IMG/VR virus record: IMGVR_UViG_3300000976_000008
Location: 335,223-399,222 of that record
Source of the DNA: a virus
Taxonomy: Duplodnaviria; Heunggongvirae; Uroviricota; Caudoviricetes
Strand: one strand, 5' to 3'
DNA: 64,000 bases
The notes below the pieces were generated by a model that made no database searches, was not told the origin of the DNA, and was given only the letters and a program-made list of their open reading frames with translations. How positions within the stretch are numbered: position 1 is the first letter of the stretch; the number at the start of each line of letters is the position of its first letter. The position numbers and the translations under genes are program-made. This document shows, piece by piece, positions 8,352 through 18,619 of this stretch.

Positions 8352-11300
8352 CTATGATGTTTTTACTAAATGAACCCAATCTAAAGTGCCACCAGTACCA
8401 ATCCCGTAAATAATGTCGGCTTTGTTGGAACTAATTTGTGCAGCATAATTTTTACCTGCTACAAGCGGAACTTTATGAGCAATACCCATCAAACCTTGTG
8501 ATTCATTCGCGTCGACATTATCTCGATGCAACACCGCATTCCAAAAACCAACTTGGGGGTTAGCCCGAGTGATTGTGACGTTATCTGTTTTGTTATGCAC
8601 TCGCCATTGTGTGACGTTGTCCGTTTCGGCGGAAAGATGCACAACACGAGGATACAGATAAATCGAATACTCACCATCTTCAGGGACAGTGAAGTCCATC
8701 GACGTCGGTGCACCCCAGTTAGTGGCGGTAATAGTAACCTCACCGCTGGTTGCCATAAGGGCTGTTTCGGTGATCGTAGGTGATGTATACGAGACACCCA
8801 CTGCACCGCTAGCCAATTTGTAAATATGACCACGAGTACCAGCTGGGACAGGTTGACTTTGAGAGCCAGACCCAAACGCCACTCCTTCGCCATCGATAAC
8901 TAGCTCCATGCCATTACCAGCATTGAGCGTAGCAGCAGCCGTCGCATGGAATGGATAACCAAAATTGATCGGAGCTTCAGCTAAGATAGTATCAAGGTCC
9001 TGTGCACCACCCGGAAGGATCAACATATTCTCAATGTTTGTCGGCACTGTGAAGACAGTCTTCATAGCCAATTGACGAAGCTCGAAGAACGAGTAAACCA
9101 CATCAATTGCCGCATTAGTCTCAAGAGGTTCACGATAGCCCCAAGCTTCGGTACCACCTCCTTCAATGCGATAACCTGCGTGAACTCTATCACCTGCGGA
9201 TAAAACTAGAACATCTGTAACAAACTTGTCCTGATCCGCAGAACTCGCATCAAACGCAAGATCATGAATGTTGAAAACTTTGTGGATAACTCCATTAACA
9301 AAGATTGCTGCCAGTGGGCGATCGTCGGTTTCGACAGTAGAATCCAAAGCAGACGGTACCGCGATCTTTGCTTCGTACTTACCGTCGTTGGGCACAACCA
9401 TCGACGAGGTAGCATTCGTAGCAGTTGGGTTTTGTGACGCAGCATTGTTATCCACAAAGCCAGCGACCGTAGCAACCATCCCGCCGTCCATAATTGTCAC
9501 TTCGTTGAACGGATAGACACCGACACCACCTGTTGAAGTGGCCATTGTAATGTCTTCAATGTCCGCAGCGATCCCTTGGTTATTGTTCAGCTCCATACGA
9601 CCATGAGCAAGGTCAATTACAGGAACATCGTCAGGAGTGACAAATTCCTTAGTCGGAAGTTGTTCAATAAGCAAAGAACTTTGAAAAGTTGCACTTGAAG
9701 CTTGATTTTCACTTTGATCTGAACCAATACCCACTTCAATTGGGGAGGTCACATCGAAGATAGCTTCAATTGATCCATGGCTATTTGACCCTCCGATTTG
9801 TGCCGTGAATGGCCCCAACTTCACCCCATTCGTAAAGTCGTAAGCCGTCAACCCCACACTACCGCCCGTAGCAGCAAGTGCCATGTAAGCAGATGCTTTA
9901 TACCGACCGGGAGGAAGCAAGACAGTGTTGTTAGCGAATGTCCAAGGGTTGTTCGTAGACTGTGCGTGCAGTGCATCAAACTCAGTTTGGAACGCACCAT
10001 TTACCGACGACGTAGCATTCGGCCCGATCGTGTCCTTAATCTGCATGTAATGCAACGCTGATGCGGTAAGCGGTGAATCTGAGATCGAAGATTCTGTAAG
10101 CAACCATGCTTCGATAAGTCCTTCCACGTCGCTACAGACTCTTGCTGTAAGAATGCTGCCTGCTTGAAGCCTCTGGTTGTTGTTTGAAGCTACTGATCGA
10201 ATATCAAAATCAAACGCTGTGTTGGCTGGAATGGTCACTTTGGCGGGCGTTTGAATTGTGCCTTGACCGAACACGCCTGACGTACCAGAAACCGTACCAA
10301 CAGGATCACCGTTGAGAACATCGCGGAAATGGTACAACCGGTCAATGGTATTACCAGTTCCTGCTGTTTTGAAGTCCGCAACCAGTTCTACCGAGTGGTT
10401 TGGTGTTGTTCCCGAGATTCGCCCTGTTGTATTGTCATAGGCGAATCCAAAATCGTAGATCTGGGCTTGTAACTGGTTTTCGATGTCGAACAGACTATTA
10501 CCAGAACCTTGCCCACCTACGTTGTCGGCAAAAGCAGTCACGGTGAACACGTCAACACATGGGGTTTCCGGTTCAGTCAGACCAAAGATGAAATTAAACT
10601 GCTCTTGAGATATTGTGATTGCCGACCCCGTATTGGTCATGTCGTTCCAAGTATGGGCAGGAAAATCGGCGACTGGCGTGGTTGTCGGAAGAAATTGGCC
10701 AACGCCAATTGTAGCATAAGTGAGTACTCCATTTGTGTTTGTCACTTCAATCTGCACACCCAGAATGAAGTTATTTTGCACGTCTCGTTGATAGCCGACA
10801 CCCATCAAGTAAAGCGTTTTGGTTTTGCCGTTTTCAAACTGAACTGATTCGAGTGCAGTTGCACTATCAGCAGTGTCGGTCAATTTGAAGAACGGATCAT
10901 TAATTTGCAGGGCGTTGGCCGTCCAATTAAAGACTTGTAAGGTCGAAGGATTGACGCCAGTTTGTTGAGTGATTAGGAACCGGTCGGTATCTTGCAGTTC
11001 CAACGGAACATAGTTCAGGTCGATCTCTCGTACCGTTAACGTGCCCGTAGCACCGTTGTTTGAACTCAGTGAACCTGTCAGCCCATAATCTGCGTAGATT
11101 TGTCGTAATGTAGCTGTGAAACCATTCAGCAGCTTGATAATTGTTGTTACTTGGTTGCCAACCCGAACATTTGAGACAACCTCAACACGTGCTGCGTTAC
11201 CAGTCACGGCGGTACCTAATGACGGTTCAAGAATAACATCCGCCACGCCTCCATTAACCACATATCGCATCGCAGAAGTATGAACTGCAGAAGGATCAAT

Positions 11301-14300
11301 ATCCCAAATCAATTTCCATTGATTACCCGCTTCAACAGGAGCGTCAATATCCGTTTCCAGATATGACCAGTCACCTGCGGGGCCGTCGAGCGTTACGAAC
11401 GGCCCGTGGGCGTCTATACCTTTAACAATACCGAGTGAACCTTGATGTGTAAACTCGTCAATCTGTAAATGGATATCTGCTGTTTCTAAAGGTACTATTC
11501 TACGCACTTCAACAGACAGTAAGTCAAACTTGTCCGTTGTTGCACCATCAATTCCGATAAGAAAGCTAGTGAAGTTTGCATTTGCCGGTACTCGCCATTC
11601 AACAGTAGCGACATCGTCATCAACACTTTGCGATAGAATGACCGGCAAAGGTGCACTCCCAGCTCTCGAAGCTGTGGCAGTGCCCGTATCTATGTCTAAA
11701 TTAATATCGGACACATTGGACGGCCACGCAGTGCGGAAAGTGATCGTGCCTGTGTCTGCAGGATCAATCACCCACTTCGCTTTGTAGATTTTATCTTCTG
11801 CAACTGCTATGTCTGATAAGTCAGTAGTCCGCCTTTGCGGGAATGAACCGGTGCCATCATATGTGATGCGAGTGATCGGAATTCCCTGTCTGTCTTCCTC
11901 CAAGGTTTCAACTGTAGTGTTGTTATTGGTGTCATCCCAAGTAGAGATAGCTTGCGTCAAAAACGTCGAAGGTTCTACTGACTGATTTAGTGCGGCAACC
12001 GATCTAATCCTTGCTATCGGATTTACAACGGTCGATCCCCCACCAGCACCAAGACGAACATGCACAGCCCCGGCATCAATATGGGCTTGAGTGATTTCGA
12101 AAATATGCGACTTGCTCAAGGCTGTGGGCGAGATACGGTCGGCAACGACCTGTACTGGGAGGATATCAACACCACCCACTGTCGTACCAATTGAGATAAA
12201 TCCGCTTGGCGTAGTGCTACCCGTCACGTCGTCAGCCGACAAATCCGCTACATAAAAACCCGGCACATCAAAAGTGATTGTGTAATCGTACGGAGTAGCG
12301 TTTGGCACACTTATTTGTGGATCGGCAGTCTCATCAAGTAGCGATATAGCCCAATTTGTGGTGGCAGACTCTACTTGGTGAAGCGGAATAATATCAACTT
12401 CGCCGTTAGATCCAGAAATTTTCCACAATCGACCTCTTTCCAAGGCCACTTGAGTTCCACCAGTTCCAGCAATATCAAACGCTTCTGTTCCATCAACATT
12501 CCACATTTGCTTATTGTTGTAAAATGCTACTGTAATTCGAGCATCATCAACTGTTGGATAAACAAAAAATGTTCTATCGCCGAGAGTTGATCCAACAAAT
12601 GTAATTGCATTGGCTGGTGTTGCATTACCATGAACCAAAATTTTACCAGCATCAGCCACAGTTGCAGAATAACCACCGGCTGGAATAATATCTTGGCCAT
12701 TTGAAGGGAAAGTGTCTAAGAAAGTAATATCCAAGCTTTCTTCTTCTTGAATCTTTCTAAAATCAGCATCAACATAAGCACCAGATGTTCCAGTGCCCAA
12801 ATAACGATATAGAACCCAACCAGAATCGACAGTCGAATCAGCAGTTCCATCGGCGACAAAAATTTTATCGCCCAATGTCAAATCAGTTAAAAGATTTCTA
12901 TCGGCATTATTCGCAACATCATGTTCTGCTGTTCCAAGGCTGTTGATTTTTTCATTTAAAAGTCTACCTTGATTGGCAGACAATGCAGATGCAGTATCAG
13001 TACTTGTAAGAGAGTCAATAACTCCCACACCCAATGGAACTAACGTATCATCGTTGTCTACTTGATACGTGGTGTTCCCAATGCGAACAGCACAAACACC
13101 AGTTTGAAGTTCCAACATATAAGGATCAAGCAACAATCCTGTTGGTTCTAAAATAAATGCATAAAGACCAACTTGATAAGTTGTGCCACTAGAACTTCCA
13201 GCACCAGCTGTGGTGTTCCAGAAGTACATGTTCGCGTTTGCATTATTATTCAACGCTGGTTCAGCAGCAGTAAAATCAATTTCCCCACCGTCAACTTTTA
13301 CAATCGATGGATTGTCGTAGTATGGAACATTGCTATTACCAAACCAACCATCTGATGCTCGACGTTGACGCGGCATACCCACGTCACCATTGATCGAATG
13401 TTTAGAGTTACCTTCGTATGCTTGCAATATGCCATCAGAACTAACTTGAAGACCTGTTTGTTCAACTTGCGTAGTTCCATCAATAGCGTAACCATAAGCA
13501 GTTACATCGAATTGATCATCACCATAAATGAATTCATATGTATCTGAGCCTACACTATTTTGTTTAATAAATCGATGCTCATCGAAGCTTCCTGTAGCAA
13601 ACGTGTGAGTACGTGGGCCATCTGATTGTAGATCAGCTGACATGATGTTAGGTGGTACAGCACTGGCGTTACTTTCTTTGGTTACTCGCCATCCGTTTGT
13701 AGGAGCATCATCAATGAAAGCATTGCCCGTAAATGGTGCAGCTCCACCACCACCAGCCCATGTGAGAATATCAAGTATTGCTGTAGTCTGAGTAGTTTGA
13801 TTACGAACATAGATAGGATCAACATTAACCGGTGTTCCACCACCGCCAATTTCATCACCCCAAGTACCGAAGTTCGTTCCGTCTGTGCTCCATTCAAGGG
13901 CACCAAAAGCGTTAGTGAATCCAACACCACCGCCTGCCCTGACTAACTCCAAATCACCAGCCGCAATTACCCACGCTGCTGTTTCATCACCAACAATAGT
14001 TAAAACTGGAACAACTACTTGAGCAATTGCAGTTAATTGATCTCCCGCTTGGCATTGAGAAATATCAAGATCACCAACAATCGGATCAGATGATGTTATA
14101 ACACCACCGTTAGTTGGATCAACAACGTTAAGATACACAACCTTGTCTTGAGTATATGTTCCAAGATCATAATTCGCAACCGCAACAGATGCATCAAGAT
14201 CAATCGTGGACGATGTAACAGTATTCGTTGTGTAAGCGATTGCAATACTTCCGCCTACATGCGAGACATAACCTTGCACGCCTCCCGGTATTGCGTACGG

Positions 14301-17051
14301 CGATAAATTACCACCAGTAGCATCACCATTGATGATAGCACCAAAACCACCGGCTACAGCAGTCGTTAATGACGCACCAGCTTGATCTACTTGGAAATGG
14401 TAAGCAACATTCTCAGGGAAATTTGTAAGCAGAGCATCTAAGTCAACAGTGCCAGCAAAGAACGTACGATTTGCTGATGAAGCACCCAGCGGTTTACCAT
14501 TGAGTTTCCAATCTCCTCGCAAGCAACCACCGACGCCGATATCGTTCTCGATCGATGAGCCGGTTGCACCAACGACGCCGATTTCAAGCTCTGACGGACG
14601 AAAGCCCTGTGCTGTGTCAGCAACAGGTGTTTGCCATCGCAAATGCGTAAATGCAGTTTCAGTATCGAGGCACGGTGTGATAGTCTCCAACGGTGGCGTC
14701 GTCGCATCACCTGTCTGCGTGACCGGGATCGTACCAGTAATGTCTACGAAATTCGTGCCGTCCGTCGAACCAAGGATGCGGAACGCAGCAGAAGCATTCG
14801 TACGTGCTTCCGACAACTTCGAGTACATGCGGAATTCTTTGAGCCTCACCGGAGCTGGGAGGTTGTACGTGAAGAATCCATTGGTGTTTGCGACAAAGTA
14901 ACTGTTCGACCCGAAACTACTCCGGTCGCCATCAACCATCGCACCAGCACCTCCAGGCAGGAAACTGTTCCCACCCGCAATCGTCGACCGGTTACCAACT
15001 GAAATTGCGTTTGTATAGTCCTCGTCACCATCAATGGTCGGAACCGCATCGTCGTTAAGTACGAAGCTAGTCGCTGACCCAGTGTCATAGACATGAAGCG
15101 GAATAATATCGACTTCGCCATTGCTACCAGCAATTTTCCACAAGCGTCCAGCTTCAAGAGTAACTTGAGTACCACCAGTGCCAGCTATATCTAATGTCGC
15201 TGTGCCATCAACAGCCCACATTCTTTTGTGATCATAAAAGGCAACTGTAATTCTAGCATCATCAACTGTTGGATAAACAAAGAATGCCCTATCGCCGAGA
15301 TTAGATCCTACAAAAGTGATCGCATTAGTTGATGTAGCATTTCCATGGACTAAGATTTTACCCGCATCAGCAGCTGTTACAGAATAACCACCAGCTGGTA
15401 TTATCTCTTGACGGTTCGAAGGATAAGAATCCAATGCAGCCGCAAACTCTGCTTCACCTTGAGCGTTCAGGAGAGTAAGCACATCTCCAGCATTTGCATT
15501 GCCTAATTTGACACCTCTGGACTTCAAGAAAATCTGAGCTTCACCAAGAGAACTTGGTTCGCCAGAATTGTCAATAGTGAAACCAACTTTACCTGAAGCT
15601 GAACTAGTGTCACCAGTTAATGATGCTTCATTGCCATCAATACGCATCTCTCCAGCAACACCGTTTGGATTACCATTGTTGGCTGAGGCAACAACACTAC
15701 CCAAACCAACATTCAAGTCACCTTCAGCACCTGGGATGAATGAACTGGTGACGTTAATATCAACATTTCCACCAGTAACATTGATGTCTAACGGACCAAC
15801 ATCATTCCACGTCTGACCGAATCCAGCGAAGTCTTGAGTGTGGTTCGCATCAGCTGTTGTATCGGCTGTTGTGATACCACTAGGAGGAACAGGAGCATTT
15901 TCTTTTGCATACCATGATCCATCAAAATATGTGAAGTCCGTCTTTTGGTTTGGTTCAATAGTGACATCAGCACCAGCAAGTCCGGTGACGTCGTACGCAG
16001 CGGCACCAGTGTTCACAATAGAAATTATCTCTTGAGATCCAGCATAGTCAGCAGAGATATCATAATTTGAGTTGAAATGTTCGACGATTTCAACTTCTGG
16101 ATCGATTACGACTGCACCAACTTCACCATTAACTGATAATACTAAATCAGTATTATCATACTTGATGAAATCAGAACCATCATCGTTGCTACTAGTAACG
16201 CCATTGGTAACGACTAGTTTATCATTAGTGTGAACAGTGATTGGGTTCGTAGTACCAATAGCTGTTCCGTCGGGGTGTGCATTAACAATTAACCATGACT
16301 TACCAGTAGCTTCTCCTGTCGGGAGTGTGAAAGTAGCCGCTCCACCAACATCGAGATTCAATGGTACTTGAATACCTGTTGGCACTGAGCTTATTGTTGA
16401 ATCAACGTAAGCCTTAACAGATTGTTGAGTAGGGATTCTTTGATCAGAATCCGATGCCATATTATCTTCATCAATCACACTAGCGGAACTGATGACTTTA
16501 TTGGCTGTGCTCGATGTGATATCTGCTGGTTGGGCGACCGGAGTTTGGTGCAATCCATCCGATCCAGCAATTGTTGCATTATTAGGGTCGGAACTTGGTG
16601 CTTGTGCTGCGTGCTTGTGATCTGTGTGAGCTGCCACCCCTGAAGAACCACCAGCACCAATTGCATCATCAGAAGCTGTCGTGGCCGCACCAAAACTAGT
16701 CGGTGCTGGAAGAGGAGCTTCTGAGAGGGCGTTGCCAGTCGCATCATATATTACGGCATATCCAGGTGTGCCTGGGACTGGTGCTCCAGTTCCTGTGGAT
16801 GGACCACCGCTGCCAGTGCCAGTACCACCAATATCAACTAGACTTGGATCACTAAAGCGTGGGTCCAATCTAACTACTGAAGAATTTACATTAGCTCTAG
16901 AGTTAAAGAATACTTTAAGAGCATCATGTTGCTCAGCAGTCATATCACTGATGATTTCAAGCTTATCATCAATCAACAATTCAACAACTGAATTATCATC
17001 AAAGGTTACTGTTGCACCAGCACCTTTTTGAATGTATCCGGTTACTTCCAT
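8352..17051 (-). CDS. Giant modular tail fibre / receptor-binding protein (~2899 aa) with discoidin (F5/8-like) and other beta-sandwich modules
   Basis: Start moved to ATG 17051 (MEVTGY). Fibre motifs DSDQRIPTQQSVKAYVDS, VLSVNGEVGAV, IDSLTSTDTASALSANQGRLLNEKI; discoidin-like YNLPAPVRLKEFRMY...FRILGSTDGTNF; duplicated ~115-aa module. Confidence 0.85.
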   Translation of the reverse strand: MEVTGYIQKGAGATVTFDDNSVVELLIDDKLEIISDMTAEQHDALKVFFNSRANVNSSVVRLDPRFSDPSLVDIGGTGTGSGGPSTGTGAPVPGTPGYAVIYDATGNALSEAPLPAPTSFGAATTASDDAIGAGGSSGVAAHTDHKHAAQAPSSDPNNATIAGSDGLHQTPVAQPADITSSTANKVISSASVIDEDNMASDSDQRIPTQQSVKAYVDSTISSVPTGIQVPLNLDVGGAATFTLPTGEATGKSWLIVNAHPDGTAIGTTNPITVHTNDKLVVTNGVTSSNDDGSDFIKYDNTDLVLSVNGEVGAVVIDPEVEIVEHFNSNYDISADYAGSQEIISIVNTGAAAYDVTGLAGADVTIEPNQKTDFTYFDGSWYAKENAPVPPSGITTADTTADANHTQDFAGFGQTWNDVGPLDINVTGGNVDINVTSSFIPGAEGDLNVGLGSVVASANNGNPNGVAGEMRIDGNEASLTGDTSSASGKVGFTIDNSGEPSSLGEAQIFLKSRGVKLGNANAGDVLTLLNAQGEAEFAAALDSYPSNRQEIIPAGGYSVTAADAGKILVHGNATSTNAITFVGSNLGDRAFFVYPTVDDARITVAFYDHKRMWAVDGTATLDIAGTGGTQVTLEAGRLWKIAGSNGEVDIIPLHVYDTGSATSFVLNDDAVPTIDGDEDYTNAISVGNRSTIAGGNSFLPGGAGAMVDGDRSSFGSNSYFVANTNGFFTYNLPAPVRLKEFRMYSKLSEARTNASAAFRILGSTDGTNFVDITGTIPVTQTGDATTPPLETITPCLDTETAFTHLRWQTPVADTAQGFRPSELEIGVVGATGSSIENDIGVGGCLRGDWKLNGKPLGASSANRTFFAGTVDLDALLTNFPENVAYHFQVDQAGASLTTAVAGGFGAIINGDATGGNLSPYAIPGGVQGYVSHVGGSIAIAYTTNTVTSSTIDLDASVAVANYDLGTYTQDKVVYLNVVDPTNGGVITSSDPIVGDLDISQCQAGDQLTAIAQVVVPVLTIVGDETAAWVIAAGDLELVRAGGGVGFTNAFGALEWSTDGTNFGTWGDEIGGGGTPVNVDPIYVRNQTTQTTAILDILTWAGGGGAAPFTGNAFIDDAPTNGWRVTKESNASAVPPNIMSADLQSDGPRTHTFATGSFDEHRFIKQNSVGSDTYEFIYGDDQFDVTAYGYAIDGTTQVEQTGLQVSSDGILQAYEGNSKHSINGDVGMPRQRRASDGWFGNSNVPYYDNPSIVKVDGGEIDFTAAEPALNNNANANMYFWNTTAGAGSSSGTTYQVGLYAFILEPTGLLLDPYMLELQTGVCAVRIGNTTYQVDNDDTLVPLGVGVIDSLTSTDTASALSANQGRLLNEKINSLGTAEHDVANNADRNLLTDLTLGDKIFVADGTADSTVDSGWVLYRYLGTGTSGAYVDADFRKIQEEESLDITFLDTFPSNGQDIIPAGGYSATVADAGKILVHGNATPANAITFVGSTLGDRTFFVYPTVDDARITVAFYNNKQMWNVDGTEAFDIAGTGGTQVALERGRLWKISGSNGEVDIIPLHQVESATTNWAISLLDETADPQISVPNATPYDYTITFDVPGFYVADLSADDVTGSTTPSGFISIGTTVGGVDILPVQVVADRISPTALSKSHIFEITQAHIDAGAVHVRLGAGGGSTVVNPIARIRSVAALNQSVEPSTFLTQAISTWDDTNNNTTVETLEEDRQGIPITRITYDGTGSFPQRRTTDLSDIAVAEDKIYKAKWVIDPADTGTITFRTAWPSNVSDINLDIDTGTATASRAGSAPLPVILSQSVDDDVATVEWRVPANANFTSFLIGIDGATTDKFDLLSVEVRRIVPLETADIHLQIDEFTHQGSLGIVKGIDAHGPFVTLDGPAGDWSYLETDIDAPVEAGNQWKLIWDIDPSAVHTSAMRYVVNGGVADVILEPSLGTAVTGNAARVEVVSNVRVGNQVTTIIKLLNGFTATLRQIYADYGLTGSLSSNNGATGTLTVREIDLNYVPLELQDTDRFLITQQTGVNPSTLQVFNWTANALQINDPFFKLTDTADSATALESVQFENGKTKTLYLMGVGYQRDVQNNFILGVQIEVTNTNGVLTYATIGVGQFLPTTTPVADFPAHTWNDMTNTGSAITISQEQFNFIFGLTEPETPCVDVFTVTAFADNVGGQGSGNSLFDIENQLQAQIYDFGFAYDNTTGRISGTTPNHSVELVADFKTAGTGNTIDRLYHFRDVLNGDPVGTVSGTSGVFGQGTIQTPAKVTIPANTAFDFDIRSVASNNNQRLQAGSILTARVCSDVEGLIEAWLLTESSISDSPLTASALHYMQIKDTIGPNATSSVNGAFQTEFDALHAQSTNNPWTFANNTVLLPPGRYKASAYMALAATGGSVGLTAYDFTNGVKLGPFTAQIGGSNSHGSIEAIFDVTSPIEVGIGSDQSENQASSATFQSSLLIEQLPTKEFVTPDDVPVIDLAHGRMELNNNQGIAADIEDITMATSTGGVGVYPFNEVTIMDGGMVATVAGFVDNNAASQNPTATNATSSMVVPNDGKYEAKIAVPSALDSTVETDDRPLAAIFVNGVIHKVFNIHDLAFDASSADQDKFVTDVLVLSAGDRVHAGYRIEGGGTEAWGYREPLETNAAIDVVYSFFELRQLAMKTVFTVPTNIENMLILPGGAQDLDTILAEAPINFGYPFHATAAATLNAGNGMELVIDGEGVAFGSGSQSQPVPAGTRGHIYKLASGAVGVSYTSPTITETALMATSGEVTITATNWGAPTSMDFTVPEDGEYSIYLYPRVVHLSAETDNVTQWRVHNKTDNVTITRANPQVGFWNAVLHRDNVDANESQGLMGIAHKVPLVAGKNYAAQISSNKADIIYGIGTGGTLDWVHLVKTS
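12375..15432 (-). repeat. Two copies of a ~115-aa module (approx. 15090-15432 and 12375-12718) inside the giant fibre gene
   Basis: PSNRQEIIPAGGYS...GEVDIIPLH versus PSNGQDIIPAGGYS...GEVDIIPLH. Confidence 0.9.
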
Positions 17052-17076
17052 TTTTATACCGCCCAAAGAATTTACG

Positions 17077-17115
17077 CAAAGATAGCACAAATTAATTTTG
17101 AAGAAAATTTGTGCT
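17077..17115. promoter_or_regulatory. Divergent promoter region with two CAAANNTA motifs and a 10-bp inverted repeat
   Basis: CAAAGATA on plus (17077-17084); CAAAATTA on minus (17093-17100); AGCACAAATT (17084-17093) and AATTTGTGCT (17106-17115) form the inverted repeat. Confidence 0.6.
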
Positions 17116-17134
17116 CATCATAGAGGCAATCAAC

Positions 17135-17740
17135 ATGGCAAAAACCATCACCGACACTACTATGAGGGGCAGTGGGATGACCTTTGCCTTTGATGATGGG
17201 TCCGTCTCTGAAGTTATCTTCCAATGGGATAATGATAAGAAGCAATTTGTAATATTAGGAGCAAGAGACGATGAAGAATTAAATTGTATCAAGGCATTTC
17301 TAAGAGAAGAGAATATCAACCTTCATGTTATAGAAGGAATTGATCTTGAGAATAATAGCACTGGTGGAACAGGGTCTGGAAATATAGGAGATCTGAACAA
17401 TCTCACTACGACTGACAAAACTAGTGCTGTCAATGCCATAAATGAGGTTAATGGGAATATTGGCAATCTAGCCAATTTAACGACTACAGATAAGTCGAAT
17501 CTTGTCAATGCTCTCAATGAAGTGAAAGCAATTGCCGAAGCAGCCACTTCCAATTTTCAGTTTACACAATCAACACCAATATCACCTTGGAATGTTAACC
17601 ATAATCTAGGTTATAGACCAACTGTCGCTATTTATAATCCTGGCGGTAAAGAAGTGATGGCAGAAGTTTTGCACATTTCAGCTAATCAAACAATGATTTA
17701 TTTTGATCTTCCTTTTTCTGGTTTCGCAACATTCACTTGA
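17135..17740 (+). CDS. Short fibre / virion protein
   Basis: ATG at 17135 with GAGG RBS; two IG.L.NLTTTDK..V.A.NEV coiled repeats; C-terminal WNVNHNLGYRPTV module common in phage fibres. Confidence 0.8.
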   Translation: MAKTITDTTMRGSGMTFAFDDGSVSEVIFQWDNDKKQFVILGARDDEELNCIKAFLREENINLHVIEGIDLENNSTGGTGSGNIGDLNNLTTTDKTSAVNAINEVNGNIGNLANLTTTDKSNLVNALNEVKAIAEAATSNFQFTQSTPISPWNVNHNLGYRPTVAIYNPGGKEVMAEVLHISANQTMIYFDLPFSGFATFT

Positions 17741-17762
17741 TGAAACCGAAGAGTTAAGAATT

Positions 17763-17770
17763 CAAAAATA
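17763..17770 (+). promoter_or_regulatory. CAAANNTA motif (CAAAAATA), candidate late promoter
   Basis: Intergenic, 60 nt upstream of 17831. Confidence 0.55.
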
Positions 17771-17830
17771 TTAATCAAACTTTAATTTAAGCCAGTCTTT
17801 ATTCATTAACCTACAAAGGGAACCTCGGAT

Positions 17831-18619
17831 ATGTTAGATGTCCAAAGAACGCTTGATTTTGGCAACTCGCGGAGGATTGTGAATCTTCCCGATGGTATCG
17901 ATGGCCAGCATCCGGCAACAGTGGCTCAGCTTAACGCTGCTGTTGAAGGAATTGGTTGGAAGGATTCAGTTGTTGCAGCAACCGTTTCCAATATCGACAT
18001 CAGCACACCTGGTGCCACAATCGACGGAATCACAATGGCTTCTGGTGACAGAGTCCTAGTGAAAGATCAAACGACGACGAGTGAAAACGGAATCTACATC
18101 TGGAATGGTGCTGCGGCAGCCATGACCAGAGCTGATGATGGAAGCACATCGGACGAACTCGAAGCAGCAATTATTTCTGTCGAAGAAGGAACCAATGGTG
18201 GTTCTAACTTCCGTCAGACGCAAGTGAACTTTGTACTGGACACTGATCCAGTAATCTTCACAACATTCGCTGCAGCAGTTCCACCAGCAACAGAAACAAC
18301 TGCCGGTATCGCAGAAATCGCGACACAGGTCGAAACTGACGCTGGAACAGATGACGTAACAATCGTTACTCCTCTGAAACTCGCAGAATCACCTTGGGCC
18401 AAACGACAAGTTACCCAAGCGATTGGCGACGGTTCAGCTACTTCTTACGCTGTGACCCACAACTTGGATACTCGCGATGTTTCAGTCGTGTGTTATCGAA
18501 ACAGTGGTAATTTCGATGACGTACTAGTTGAAGTTCAAAGAACTAGCGTCAACGTAGTAACTATTTTGTTCGATGATCCACCAGCATCAAATGCATTCCA
18601 AGTAGTTGTGCGAGCATAA
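17831..18619 (+). CDS. Tail fibre / head-decoration-like structural protein
   Basis: WKDSVVAAT..NI......IDG......GDRVLVKDQT...ENGIY motif, ATETTAGIAEIATQVETDAGTDD..IVTPLKL repeat and THNL.TRDV C-terminal module. Confidence 0.8.
   Translation: MLDVQRTLDFGNSRRIVNLPDGIDGQHPATVAQLNAAVEGIGWKDSVVAATVSNIDISTPGATIDGITMASGDRVLVKDQTTTSENGIYIWNGAAAAMTRADDGSTSDELEAAIISVEEGTNGGSNFRQTQVNFVLDTDPVIFTTFAAAVPPATETTAGIAEIATQVETDAGTDDVTIVTPLKLAESPWAKRQVTQAIGDGSATSYAVTHNLDTRDVSVVCYRNSGNFDDVLVEVQRTSVNVVTILFDDPPASNAFQVVVRA

Noticed and set aside
8249-8413. Short plus-strand ORF MSRIILITKLIGAGQASDVAAGGSAQGDGNLL...
   Set aside because: About 54 aa, no RBS, and overlaps the end of the giant fibre gene in antisense; may be a remnant but cannot be supported
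17084-17115. Inverted repeat as an invertase crossover site for fibre switching
   Set aside because: The arms are only 12 nt apart, no distant partner copy was seen and no recombinase is in the window; a promoter or operator role is more economical
397-17553. Numerous 60-150 aa ORFs antisense to or nested in the fibre genes (and similar ones elsewhere, e.g. 21965-22549, 22841-23485, 54070-54540)
   Set aside because: Shadow ORFs of repetitive, codon-biased real genes; no RBS or recognisable motifs
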